Assembly: GCA_016840085.1 (NCBI GenBank)
Contig: JAEOTA010000088.1
Coordinates: 84,517-148,516, forward strand
From: Promethearchaeota archaeon
GTDB lineage: Archaea; Asgardarchaeota; Lokiarchaeia; Sigyniarchaeales; SOKP01
Reading direction: 5' to 3'
DNA length: 64,000 bases
Positions 31,083-41,425 of this stretch are shown one piece after another. The notes under the pieces were generated by a model. The model did not search any database. It had not been told where the DNA came from and saw only the letters and a program-made list of their open reading frames with translations. Every line of letters starts with the position of its first letter. Position 1 is the first letter of the stretch. A program made the position numbers and the translations under genes.

Positions 31083-31568
31083 ATGAAATTTTCGAAAATT
31101 CACCTTGGTCGGCAAGGAAATTTTATATTAGGGTTATTATTGCTTTATTTTGTATTATTTGGATATATAGCTAATGCATATCCAAGATACATAGATGTAG
31201 ATTTAAATAAAACCGTTCAATCAGCAATTGGGCTAAAATTAATCTTTTTATATCAAATATTTTTTAATATAAGGACATTCTGGTCATTTATAATTCTTTT
31301 TGCTATTATTTTTTTCGTTGCACTTAGAGAACCATTTTATGAATACGCAATTAGAAATAGTATATGGTATATTCCAGCAATACTTATAATGTCGTGGATT
31401 TGGTATTGGATACTCTATGGTTTTGATCCTACTGTGTTTTATATTTATTTTATTAGAGTTGAAGGTTATATAACAATATTGACCCTATTAGGTACTAATC
31501 TATCAGCGGCAATATTAGCTTCTGTAATAAATGAGAAGCGAAAATTGATGCGAGAAATTGAAATTTAA
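31083..31568 (+). CDS. Membrane protein of unknown function within the opp cluster
   Basis: 161 aa, about four hydrophobic segments. Confidence 0.7.
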   Translation: MKFSKIHLGRQGNFILGLLLLYFVLFGYIANAYPRYIDVDLNKTVQSAIGLKLIFLYQIFFNIRTFWSFIILFAIIFFVALREPFYEYAIRNSIWYIPAILIMSWIWYWILYGFDPTVFYIYFIRVEGYITILTLLGTNLSAAILASVINEKRKLMREIEI

Positions 31569-31592
31569 TCAAAAATATTAAGAGGTATAATA

Positions 31593-32624
31593 ATGAGTTT
31601 ATTAAAATATATAATTAGAAGAATTATAGTAATGATTCCTGTATTGTTCGGTGTATTAACCTTAACCTTTATACTTACTCGATTGATGCCTGACAACCCT
31701 GTCACTGCTCGATTAGCTGCTGCTGGAGTACATAACGCCGCACCAGAAGTCGTCCAACAGATGAAATGCCAACTTGGACTCTGTGATCCAATAATTATAC
31801 AATATTTTCGATATATAGGCGAAGTATTTACTGGTCAGTGGGGAGTATCTGTGTCTATTGTCCACAATCAAGAAGTTTGGGATCTAGTAATGGGGAGGAT
31901 GCCTTTAACAGTAGATTTAACACTATTTTCTATTGTAATTGCTTCATTTATAGGAATTAAGGCAGGAGTTTTTTCTGCAGTCCATAGAAATAGAACACCT
32001 GATACTGTTGTTAGAGGCCTCGCTTTAGTAGGAGTGGCAATTCCAGTATTTTTTCTCGGAATGTTACTTCAATATACGCTAGGTTATCAATTACATTGGT
32101 TTGAACCAACGGGTTATCTAACTCCTACAAATCAAAATCCTCCATTTGTCACTGGTTTCATCTTGATTGATTCACTTTTATCGGGACAATGGTATTTAAT
32201 TGGAGATTATTTATGGCATATGTTTCTACCTGTATTTTGTTTATCATTTATAATGCTGGCAGGGATAACAAGACAAACACGTTCCAGCATGCTGGAAGTG
32301 ATGGAACAAGATTTTGTAAGAACAGCTAGAGCAAAAGGTTGTAAAGAAAAAGTAGTTATACATTCACACGCATTAAGAAATGCCCTTATTCCCACTGTAA
32401 CTATTATTGGATTGAGTATTGCAGGTTTATTAGGGGGTGCAGTTCTAACTGAGGCCACCTTTGGTTTAAATGGAATGGGAAAATTATTTATTGATGCTAT
32501 TTTGCTCTCTGATTATTGGGTAATATCCGCATTGGTGTTTATGATAACAATCATCTTCATTGTAGCAAATTTATTTACAGATGTTATCTATGCAATACTA
32601 GATCCAAGAATAAGATACACATAA
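31593..32624 (+). CDS. oppB: ABC peptide transporter permease
   Basis: YIIRRI, RSSMLEVMEQDFVRTARAKG, HALRNALIP, LDPRIR. Confidence 0.93.
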   Translation: MSLLKYIIRRIIVMIPVLFGVLTLTFILTRLMPDNPVTARLAAAGVHNAAPEVVQQMKCQLGLCDPIIIQYFRYIGEVFTGQWGVSVSIVHNQEVWDLVMGRMPLTVDLTLFSIVIASFIGIKAGVFSAVHRNRTPDTVVRGLALVGVAIPVFFLGMLLQYTLGYQLHWFEPTGYLTPTNQNPPFVTGFILIDSLLSGQWYLIGDYLWHMFLPVFCLSFIMLAGITRQTRSSMLEVMEQDFVRTARAKGCKEKVVIHSHALRNALIPTVTIIGLSIAGLLGGAVLTEATFGLNGMGKLFIDAILLSDYWVISALVFMITIIFIVANLFTDVIYAILDPRIRYT

Positions 32625-32645
32625 AGAAAAAAATAGGTAAAAAAA

Positions 32646-33653
32646 ATGGAAAAATCTTATGTAGTAGTAGAAGAAGAATTAGAAGAAGTGGAAGAGAAAG
32701 AAAAAATTATAAGAAATATTTTATCTTGGATTTCTAAGAATATTAAATTTCTTGTCCTTCCAGGATCTAGAATAGAAGAATTATCAACTCGTCAATTCGA
32801 ATATGAAAAAAATACTAGTAAAAGAAATCTAATACTACGATTAAAAAATCCATTGACTATTTTAGGGTTTTGTATCATCTTTTTTATTATAACTTTAGCT
32901 GTGTACGCACCATGGTTATCTCCTCAAAGTTTTGAAGATGCAATGCTACCTCATAGTGGTTCATGGAATCCTCCATCTCCAGAACATCCTTTTGGACAGA
33001 CAGTTATGGGGGGTGATATATTATCACGATTAATATGGGGCGCTAGGACTTCTTTAACAATCTCTTTACCATCGATTTCCATTAGTGTAAGTGGTGGTAT
33101 AATATTAGGTGTTATTTCAGCATACTATGGTGGATGGGTTGATTCTATAATAATGAGGATCTGTGATATCTTTCTTGCTTTTCCAGCATTAGTTCTTTCA
33201 TTAGTCCTTATAGGTATTTTGGGTCCCACTATTGAGGTCATTTTATTGGTGTGGGGATTTTTAGGAATTCCTATCTATGCAAGACTGATTAGAGGTAGTG
33301 TTTTACAGGCTCGTGAACTTCCTTATATAGAGGCAGCTAGAGTTGCTGGTGCAGGAAGTTGGAGAATTATGTTTCGCCACATTTTACCTAACGTAATACA
33401 GCCGATTATTGTGTTTTTTACTTTTGATATTGGTGCTTATATCTTAGGTTTAGCAGGACTTTCTTTTCTTGGTATGAATCAATCTGTGTTGATTGAATGG
33501 GGAAATGATATTAGCGTGGCAAGAGAGAATCCTTATGATGCACCTTGGGCGGGTTTATGGCCTGGATTTATGATCTTCCTAACTGTTTTAGGTTTTATGT
33601 TAGTTGGTGATGGCTTAAGGGATGCTTTAGATCCACGATTGAAAAACTTATAA
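32646..33653 (+). CDS. oppC: ABC peptide transporter permease
   Basis: HPFG, DILSRLIWGARTSL, YIEAARVAGA, GDGLRDALDPR. Confidence 0.93.
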   Translation: MEKSYVVVEEELEEVEEKEKIIRNILSWISKNIKFLVLPGSRIEELSTRQFEYEKNTSKRNLILRLKNPLTILGFCIIFFIITLAVYAPWLSPQSFEDAMLPHSGSWNPPSPEHPFGQTVMGGDILSRLIWGARTSLTISLPSISISVSGGIILGVISAYYGGWVDSIIMRICDIFLAFPALVLSLVLIGILGPTIEVILLVWGFLGIPIYARLIRGSVLQARELPYIEAARVAGAGSWRIMFRHILPNVIQPIIVFFTFDIGAYILGLAGLSFLGMNQSVLIEWGNDISVARENPYDAPWAGLWPGFMIFLTVLGFMLVGDGLRDALDPRLKNL

Positions 33654-33705
33654 TTAAATCTTACATTTTTTTTTAATAATTTTAACTATAGGAAAAAAGG
33701 GAATA

Positions 33706-34968
33706 ATGGAAATAGTAGAAAATGAGAAAGAAGCCGTAGCTACTGCTAAAATTGAATCAAAACCTTGGAAAAAATTACTCGAAGTTAAGAATTTAAAAAC
33801 ATATTTTTATACTGAAGAAGGTATAGTTAAAGCAGTTGATGGAGTAAATTTTGACATTTATGAGGATGAAGTCCTTGGTCTTGTTGGTGAAACAGGATGC
33901 GGTAAATCTGTTACAGCACTTTCAATTTTACAACTTGTAAGAGCCCCAGGTAAAATCATTGATGGAATAACCATCTTTAAAGGAGAGAATCTTTTAGAAT
34001 TAAAGGAAAATGAGATGCGTGAGCGTCGTGGTAAGGACATTACTATGATCTTTCAAGATCCTTTAAATTCTCTCAATCCTGTATTTACAGTCGGTAAACA
34101 AATTTCAGAGGTCTTCTTATTACATCAAGAAACAGATCTTAAAAGAGGACTTGATAATCGTTTATTAGAAAGAGCAAAAAAAAAAGAAGAAAAAAATAAT
34201 TTAAAAGCATTACTTGAGGATGAAGAAAGCGGCTTATCAGAGGAAGAGAAGAACGAAATTAAAGCCAAAATTAAAGAGCTTAAAAAAGAAACAGCTCATA
34301 TCCCCAAATTAGAAGAGATAAAATGGGAGTGGGCTGAAAAAATAATAACTGAAGTAGGGATTCCAGATGCAAGTGGAATATTAAAACGATATCCTCATGA
34401 ATTAAGTGGCGGTATGAGACAACGTGTCATGATAGCTATGGCACTTTCATGTAATCCAGCACTTCTGATTGCAGATGAGCCTACTACTGCTTTAGATGTT
34501 ACAATTCAGGCTCAAATTCTTGATTTGATGAAAGGTTTGAAAGAAAGATTTAAAACTTCAATCCTTATTATAACTCACGACTTGGGAATTATAGCTGAAT
34601 TGTGCGATAGAGTTGCTGTAATGTATAGTGGCAATATCGTTGAATATGCAACCGCAGAACATTTATTCCAAAATCCACGTCATCCATATACAATAGGATT
34701 GATTGGAGCGATTCCAAGTATAGAAAAAAAGGATCAAAAATTACAAACTATTCGAGGAATGGTCCCAAATCTCATTTATCCCCCATCAGGTTGTAGATTC
34801 CATCCCAGATGTGATCATAGACTTGAAATTTGTGATAAAATCAAGCCACAATTAACTGAAATTGCTGATAGATATTTTGTGGCTTGCCATCTTTTTGATC
34901 CAAAGTATAAAGATTCACCTAAATATGTGTGGACTGAAGAAGAAAAAGAAGTTTCTTTGAGAGTATAA
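33706..34968 (+). CDS. oppD: ABC peptide transporter ATPase with coiled-coil insertion
   Basis: GETGCGKS, YPHELSGGMRQR, IADEPTTALDV, GCRFHPRC. Confidence 0.93.
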   Translation: MEIVENEKEAVATAKIESKPWKKLLEVKNLKTYFYTEEGIVKAVDGVNFDIYEDEVLGLVGETGCGKSVTALSILQLVRAPGKIIDGITIFKGENLLELKENEMRERRGKDITMIFQDPLNSLNPVFTVGKQISEVFLLHQETDLKRGLDNRLLERAKKKEEKNNLKALLEDEESGLSEEEKNEIKAKIKELKKETAHIPKLEEIKWEWAEKIITEVGIPDASGILKRYPHELSGGMRQRVMIAMALSCNPALLIADEPTTALDVTIQAQILDLMKGLKERFKTSILIITHDLGIIAELCDRVAVMYSGNIVEYATAEHLFQNPRHPYTIGLIGAIPSIEKKDQKLQTIRGMVPNLIYPPSGCRFHPRCDHRLEICDKIKPQLTEIADRYFVACHLFDPKYKDSPKYVWTEEEKEVSLRV

Positions 34969-35000
34969 AATTGAAAATTCAATATTAATTACCAAAAAAA

Positions 35001-36269
35001 TTGTCTAAAATGACTGTTCCAGAATTAAAGACTAAAAAAACTGAATTAGGAAAAACAAGAAAGTATAATAATAAACGAGATGCGATAATAACCGTAAAGA
35101 ATCTTAAGACGTATTATCCTATATATGGAGGAATGTTCAAGCGTAAAGTAGGGGAAGTCAAAGCTGTTGATGGTGTCACATTTAATTTTTATAGAAATGA
35201 AACTTTAGGATTAGTTGGAGAGAGTGGTTGCGGAAAGACAACAATTGGGAATACAATTTTAAGATTAGTACCAAATACCGATGGAGAGATTTATTATGAA
35301 GACCTGAGAATTGATCCAAGAAAAGTACAAGGATTACTTGAACGATGGATAAGTAGATATAAGACTTTAGTACTCTATGCAATTCCAGGAATCTATGAAA
35401 AAAATAAAGAAAAATTTGAAAAGTGGATGTCTAGATTACCCTCATTTCTCTATAAACGATATAAAAGGCTTAAAATTGATATTAAAATACTTCAGAGAGA
35501 TTTTCTTGTAGGTAAATTTATCCGTAAAAGAATTCAAATGGTTTTTCAAGATCCAGATGCATCCTTAAATCCTAGGTGGAAAGTAGTAAATATTATCGGT
35601 GAACCCCTCAAAATATTGGAAGGAATTACTAAAAAAAGAAAAATTCGAGCAAGGGTTTTAGAACTCCTTCAAACAGTATCTATGAAGCCTGAACACTTGG
35701 ATCGATATCCCCATGAATTTTCGGGGGGACAAAAGCAGAGAATAGTGATTGCTAGGGCTTTGGCATGTAATCCTGAAGTAATTATCTTAGATGAGCCCAC
35801 TTCTGCTCTTGATGTGTCCGTGCAGGCTCAAATATTGAATTTATTAAAAGAACTTCAAAAAGAATTTGATCTTTCATTTCTCTTTATTACTCATGATCTT
35901 AGTGTTGTACAACATATTGCTGACAGAATCGCAGTAATGTATTTAGGCAAATTTGTCGAAACTGGAGCGGTAGATGAGGTATTTTATAATCCGTCTCATC
36001 CATATACTAAAGCATTATTGTCTGCACGACCTACATTCGATCCTACTTCAAAAACAAACAGAATTATTTTAGAAGGCGATGTTCCAAGCCCTATTAATCC
36101 ACCAGAAGGATGTCCGTTTCATCCAAGATGTCCTGAAAAAGACAAACATATCGGCTGTGGTGTTGAAAATCCAAGGAAAATTCATTTAGGTGGAGACCAT
36201 TATATAGTATGTCTACCATTTAAGGATGAGAAAAAATCCTATGAAGGCATGGAATATATATCAGATTAA
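35001..36269 (+). CDS. oppF: ABC peptide transporter ATPase with basic insertion
   Basis: GESGCGKT, YPHEFSGGQKQR, LDEPTSALDV, GCPFHPRC. Confidence 0.93.
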   Translation: MSKMTVPELKTKKTELGKTRKYNNKRDAIITVKNLKTYYPIYGGMFKRKVGEVKAVDGVTFNFYRNETLGLVGESGCGKTTIGNTILRLVPNTDGEIYYEDLRIDPRKVQGLLERWISRYKTLVLYAIPGIYEKNKEKFEKWMSRLPSFLYKRYKRLKIDIKILQRDFLVGKFIRKRIQMVFQDPDASLNPRWKVVNIIGEPLKILEGITKKRKIRARVLELLQTVSMKPEHLDRYPHEFSGGQKQRIVIARALACNPEVIILDEPTSALDVSVQAQILNLLKELQKEFDLSFLFITHDLSVVQHIADRIAVMYLGKFVETGAVDEVFYNPSHPYTKALLSARPTFDPTSKTNRIILEGDVPSPINPPEGCPFHPRCPEKDKHIGCGVENPRKIHLGGDHYIVCLPFKDEKKSYEGMEYISD

Positions 36270-36414
36270 ATAAATTCAAATCTTTTTTTCGATTTTTTTT
36301 TATATATCTATATCATATCAATAATTCTTATTTCTAATTATAAATTTCAATAATTAACATATTGAAATAATTCAATTATATGATATTAAAATAACATATT
36401 CTTTTTCTCATAAA

Positions 36415-37584
36415 ATGACACGAAAGAATTCTCAAATATTCATAATTAAAACAACACCTAAAACAATTTTGAAGGATTACCAGAAATTAATGCACATGGC
36501 CAATTATCAACAATATTATGATAAAAATAGCAAAATTATTCTTAAATTAAACTTGAGTTGGTCAAAGTTTTTTCCTGCTTGTTCTAGCCCACCATGGCAA
36601 GTTGAAGGTGTGCTTAAAACAATGGTTGAGGATGGTTATGATTCGAAGAAAATCTATGGTGCTGAAAATAGAACTGTTGTTACAAATATTGAAAGAGGTT
36701 TAAAAGGAAATAAGTGGAATCCAATCATTAAAAAATACGGTGTTTGGTTTGTGCCTTTAACTAGGATTCCATTTGTTCCATATGATACTTTAAGACCTAA
36801 ATTTTTAACATTGAAAAATAAAAAATTATTCGTATTAGATACTAAAATTTTTCCAGAGGGTTTTAGAATACCTAAATTTTACGTAGGGAAACCAATAATA
36901 CACCTCCCTACAATGAAAACCCATGGACATACTGGAGCAGTAGGGGGAAGTTTAAAACATACAAAAGAAGAATTAAAACATGGTGGTATTACTTGTGCTA
37001 TGAAAAATGCATTTGGTGGGCTATTAACAACAAGAAGGCATTTTTCGCATCAATTTATGTCCGAAGTTTTAGTTGATCTATTAATTATTCAAAAACAAAT
37101 TCATCCTCGTATATTCGCGGTTGTTGACGGAACTGTATGTGGGGATGGAGCAGGTCCTCGAATAATGATTCCTCGAATAAAGAATTATTTACTCGCGGGG
37201 TATGATCAAGTTGCTGTTGATACAATTGTTGCTAAAATGATGGGGTTTGAACCATTAAAATTGCCTGCCATAAAACTCGCACATGATGAAGGTTTAGGAT
37301 GTGGAGATTTCGATCAAATTGAAATAATAGGAGAAGATATATCAAATTTAAATTGGAATTTCAAAGTTAAACGTAGTATAGTTATTTGGGGAGATCAAAT
37401 GGTACGAAAAGGGCCATTACAATTTCTTTATCCCTTATTTCGAAGCGATCTCTTTTTTTTAGGGCCGACTTATGCTTCTATGATATACCATGATATGTTT
37501 TGGTATCCTATAATTGGCAAGCACAGAATAAAGAAATTCTATCGTACAGAATGGGGTAAAATATTCAAAAATTATGAAAAATAA
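36415..37584 (+). CDS. DUF362 family Fe-S protein
   Basis: LKLNLSW, LPTMKTH, CAMKNAFG, VDGTVCGDGAGP, DQVAVD. Confidence 0.8.
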   Translation: MTRKNSQIFIIKTTPKTILKDYQKLMHMANYQQYYDKNSKIILKLNLSWSKFFPACSSPPWQVEGVLKTMVEDGYDSKKIYGAENRTVVTNIERGLKGNKWNPIIKKYGVWFVPLTRIPFVPYDTLRPKFLTLKNKKLFVLDTKIFPEGFRIPKFYVGKPIIHLPTMKTHGHTGAVGGSLKHTKEELKHGGITCAMKNAFGGLLTTRRHFSHQFMSEVLVDLLIIQKQIHPRIFAVVDGTVCGDGAGPRIMIPRIKNYLLAGYDQVAVDTIVAKMMGFEPLKLPAIKLAHDEGLGCGDFDQIEIIGEDISNLNWNFKVKRSIVIWGDQMVRKGPLQFLYPLFRSDLFFLGPTYASMIYHDMFWYPIIGKHRIKKFYRTEWGKIFKNYEK

Positions 37585-37607
37585 TTTGGATCCAACTAAT
37601 TATTGTG

Positions 37608-38414
37608 TTAGTTGTACCTTACAAAATGATTTAATTTTAAGATGTTTTTTATTTTCTTTTTAAAATCAAAGATTAAGCCAGATTCTTTCAGCTTTAAATG
37701 AATAAAAAATTCGATTGAGCCCTCTTTGCCTAATAGAGGTGATTTAATAACTTCATATGGATAAAATTGATTTTTAATACTCCATTGAATTAAATCATTG
37801 AGGATTTGAAAAAGTTTTATAGGATCCTCTATATTATCAAATCTACCTTTATTTTGGAATTCAGTCTCAAAAATCGGTTTTACTAAAACAATAATATCAC
37901 CACTATTTTTTAGTAGATTCTTTATATTTGGAAGGATTGCTTTTAATGACGTGAATGTAACATCAATAGTACATATATCCGCCCTTTCTTCAATATTTAA
38001 AGAATTACGAGCATCTGCACCCAATATTGGAATTACTTTCCCTTTCATTTTCTCGCAACTTAATGATGGGTGGAGTAGATCAGTAGCAGTGTCAATAGCA
38101 TAAACTTTTTTTGCTCCATGTTTTATCAAACAATCTGTAAATCCACCTACTGATGCTCCAATATCTATACATATTTTACACTCAACTGGAACAGAAAAAT
38201 CTCTTAATGCTGCTTCTAATTTTAATCCTCCGCGACCAACATAAGGAAATCTCTTCGTTAACTGAATTTTAAGAGAATTATCTATTCTTCTTCCTGGTTT
38301 CACTATTTTTTTTCCACTAACGAATACATAACCACTCTTTATTAACCATTGTGCTTTTGTTCTGCTTTCTACTAATCTTCTTTCTACTAACAGAATATCA
38401 ATTCTTTCTTTCAT
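37608..38414 (-). CDS. tlyA: TlyA-family rRNA 2'-O-methyltransferase (S4 + FtsJ domains)
   Basis: KERIDILLVER, SRTKAQ, YVGRGGLKL, DIGASVGGFTD, LVKPIFE. Confidence 0.88.
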   Translation of the reverse strand: MKERIDILLVERRLVESRTKAQWLIKSGYVFVSGKKIVKPGRRIDNSLKIQLTKRFPYVGRGGLKLEAALRDFSVPVECKICIDIGASVGGFTDCLIKHGAKKVYAIDTATDLLHPSLSCEKMKGKVIPILGADARNSLNIEERADICTIDVTFTSLKAILPNIKNLLKNSGDIIVLVKPIFETEFQNKGRFDNIEDPIKLFQILNDLIQWSIKNQFYPYEVIKSPLLGKEGSIEFFIHLKLKESGLIFDFKKKIKNILKLNHFVRYN

Positions 38415-38431
38415 TGATTAAGTTTTATTCC

Positions 38432-39529
38432 TTATCTTTTATTTATTCTCTCTTCAATTTTCATTGTGATTCCGAGACTTAATTTACTAATTTGAACTTT
38501 TATTGATGCTGTTCCCTCCCAAATTTTATAGATAGCTCTTAAAATCAACCCTATAAAAATAAATGCCCCAAGAACAAAAAACCAGATATTAAAAACATTT
38601 AATTGATGTAAAAATAAAAAATAAAGTAGATTATGAGCTAAATAAATAGTAAGAGAATAGTATGAATAATAAAATAGAAATTTATAACTTTTTGTTGTTT
38701 CTATAATCTCAAATTTTTCAAACAATATTAAAATAGAAATTAAAAGAACATTTATTCCTAAAGAATAGATTATCCATGATAGACTCTCTCGTATTAAAAA
38801 ATCTGGGAATGAATATAAAACACCAACAATTATTAAGAGAATTCCAACAATCATTGAGGGTGCTAAAAATTCTTTCTTAATTATACTTCTTTTATTACCA
38901 TTCATTAATACTGTGTCAAAAATAATATCTCCAATAACAGTTCCAAATAGAAAAAAAGGAAAAAATATTATTATTGGATCTAGATGAATATCATTATATA
39001 AAATATGAAATAATAATCCATATATATTTGAATCACCCTGATAGGGTGTCAATAATAAAACAATAAATAGATGTGCGATAAGAATCATTATTGCAATTAA
39101 GATTCTAAAGAATTTTGGAGTTTTTAAAAGTGGCCAAGCTAAAAAAAGTGATATTGCTACGGTTAATAAAAAAAACCATGTCCAAACCATAGAAGGATCT
39201 TTTAGACTTATTGCAACTGCTGAATTATAAATCAAAGCAATGATTAATATGAAAAATGCTCGAAAAAGATATGAATTTCTTATCATTCTATAGTTATAAG
39301 TTTCTGATCTCTCTGCTTTAATTAATCTCTTTCTGTATGATAATGATGTACTTATTCCTGATATAAATAAAAATCCAGTAGCTCCGATAGGATCTAAAAT
39401 TCTTATCATAATTGATTTCAACCAAATATATTCAGATTTCAACCACCAATCAAATAAATGGTTTAAAACCATCCAAGCCATACATAACCCGCGAAAAATA
39501 TCAATACTCTTTAATCTTTTAAGTTCCAT
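38432..39529 (-). CDS. DUF1624/HGSNAT-like membrane acyltransferase
   Basis: RLKSIDIFRGL, FLFISGIS, SLTIYLAH; polytopic. Confidence 0.75.
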   Translation of the reverse strand: MELKRLKSIDIFRGLCMAWMVLNHLFDWWLKSEYIWLKSIMIRILDPIGATGFLFISGISTSLSYRKRLIKAERSETYNYRMIRNSYLFRAFFILIIALIYNSAVAISLKDPSMVWTWFFLLTVAISLFLAWPLLKTPKFFRILIAIMILIAHLFIVLLLTPYQGDSNIYGLLFHILYNDIHLDPIIIFFPFFLFGTVIGDIIFDTVLMNGNKRSIIKKEFLAPSMIVGILLIIVGVLYSFPDFLIRESLSWIIYSLGINVLLISILILFEKFEIIETTKSYKFLFYYSYYSLTIYLAHNLLYFLFLHQLNVFNIWFFVLGAFIFIGLILRAIYKIWEGTASIKVQISKLSLGITMKIEERINKR

Positions 39530-39611
39530 AATAATATTTTTTTTATTTTCTCTAGGATCTTGAATTCTATAAGTAAATCATTTCAAATTGAGAATCTATT
39601 ATTCTTATTTC

Positions 39612-40448
39612 TTATCTTATCGATTCATATGATAAATTAAGAGGTATTTCATTATCTAATATCTTTTTTATTATATTTTTTAAATCTAATGGAAAATCCC
39701 TAATTTTTTTGAAATTATTTTCAGAATTAAATTTAATATCTGAATTTTGTAATTTGAACTGTTTAAGAATATTAAAATAATTTGATTCATTTACTTCAAC
39801 TCCATGCCTTAGAGCCAAAATCAATGCTGAAATTTCATGTTTTGAAATTCTTTTATTTTTAAGTTGTAATTTCAATTTCGAGGATTTAGATTCGTCAATT
39901 AAAAAAACCTTCATATTTTTCCTATTTTTAAAAACACTATAGATTTCCTTTATTAATTCTATAGTTATTGATAACACACCACTCCCAAATTTGAAGGTTA
40001 ATTCTAAGACATTTGAATTCTCATTTTGAAAGCAATTTACATAATTTTTGATAACTTCAACAAATTCTCTTTTTTCATAAAGTGTCTGAGACATTAAATA
40101 AAAATCATCTAAGAAAACGATAATCCCTACATATTTCGAACCAGGATCAATAGAAAAGATTAAATGTGAATATGATTCTTTATAACCTATTCGATAAGCA
40201 GCTAATACCTTTAAAATGTAATTTTTGAAACTAATCTTTTCAGAATAAGGTAGAAATTTTAAATTTTTATAAGAATTTTTAATATCGGAAATTTCACCTA
40301 ATGTAGTAAGGATTAAGGATGAAATGTCTGGAAATTTAGTTCTTGTATTCAAAATCGTGAATTTAATACCAAGGTGCTTTAATTCCTTATTTAATCTGTA
40401 GAAAAAATTTAGGTTTTCTGTGTATATATATAAGGTTTTATTTCTCAA
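39612..40448 (-). CDS. Hypothetical protein with RNase H-like (YqgF/RuvC-like) motif
   Basis: IFSIDPGSKYVG, LIDESKSS, HEISALILAL. Confidence 0.55.
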   Translation of the reverse strand: MRNKTLYIYTENLNFFYRLNKELKHLGIKFTILNTRTKFPDISSLILTTLGEISDIKNSYKNLKFLPYSEKISFKNYILKVLAAYRIGYKESYSHLIFSIDPGSKYVGIIVFLDDFYLMSQTLYEKREFVEVIKNYVNCFQNENSNVLELTFKFGSGVLSITIELIKEIYSVFKNRKNMKVFLIDESKSSKLKLQLKNKRISKHEISALILALRHGVEVNESNYFNILKQFKLQNSDIKFNSENNFKKIRDFPLDLKNIIKKILDNEIPLNLSYESIR

Positions 40449-40491
40449 ATTATAATTATAAATATTAGATAAAATTAATAACTTTTAATTA

Positions 40492-41178
40492 ATGAAATTT
40501 CCAACCTTAAGATTAAATACTTATTTTAATAAATTAGATTTTTCTGAAGGTGTTATTTCTGTTTGGGGTGATTTTGGTGTAGGAAAAACCACATTTGCAC
40601 TCCAAACAGCATTTAATAATACTAAAAATAGAAACAAAATCCTCTTTTTTTATACTAAACCTAATTTCCCTACAGAAAAGATTATTGCCCTTTCTAAAAA
40701 CTCAAAACAATTACTTGATAAAATTATCTTTATAACACCCACAAATTTTAATGATTTGTATAAAACTATTTTTAATTTAGAATTTGTATTTTTAGAACAT
40801 CTTAAAAATAACAGGAATCAATTTAAATTAATTATCATTGACTCAATTACAGATCTCTATCGATTAGAATTAAATAGGGAGAAAAAAGAAAAAAATTACA
40901 GTTTAAATTATCATTTGAATCAAATATTAGCAAATTTGTTTTATATCAATAAAACATACAAAATTGAAATTTTAATCATTAATGAAATAAGTAGAAAAAC
41001 TTTAAATGATCATATTGTTGAAGTCCAAGCAGGTGGAAAAGTTATGGAATACTGGATTTCATATAATATAAAAATAAATAGAACTGAAAAGCTCAACCAG
41101 AGAAAATTCATAATGAGAAAAGGAGAAAAAATAATATTAGAATTTATTGCAAATTTAACTAATAATGGTTTTGAATAA
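40492..41178 (+). CDS. RecA-family ATPase, RadB-like
   Basis: Walker A GDFGVGKT, Walker B LIIIDS, AGGKVMEYW. Confidence 0.75.
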   Translation: MKFPTLRLNTYFNKLDFSEGVISVWGDFGVGKTTFALQTAFNNTKNRNKILFFYTKPNFPTEKIIALSKNSKQLLDKIIFITPTNFNDLYKTIFNLEFVFLEHLKNNRNQFKLIIIDSITDLYRLELNREKKEKNYSLNYHLNQILANLFYINKTYKIEILIINEISRKTLNDHIVEVQAGGKVMEYWISYNIKINRTEKLNQRKFIMRKGEKIILEFIANLTNNGFE

Positions 41179-41425
41179 CCTGAAGATAAAATAAACTAGA
41201 GAATCAAACATTTTTTTAAACCAATAATTTACCACCTCAATTTTTTCATTAGCTCTAAAGTGTAATTGAACTTAATTTAAATTCTAATTTAGAAGGTAGG
41301 CTTTAATGATCTTTAACTATTATTTTTATAAAAAATCTTAACATTATTATACATGATTTATTTAAATCAAATATTCAACTAGTATAATATTTATGTTTAT
41401 CTTAAGATTTTACTAATATAAAAAA

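Noticed and set aside
34130-34330. OppD (and OppF) insertions as introns or inteins
   Set aside because: In frame, protein-like composition, no BHB and no intein terminal residues.
36930-36990. ~16-aa insertion in the DUF362 protein as an in-frame intron
   Set aside because: No hairpin or BHB geometry found; it reads as ordinary protein sequence.
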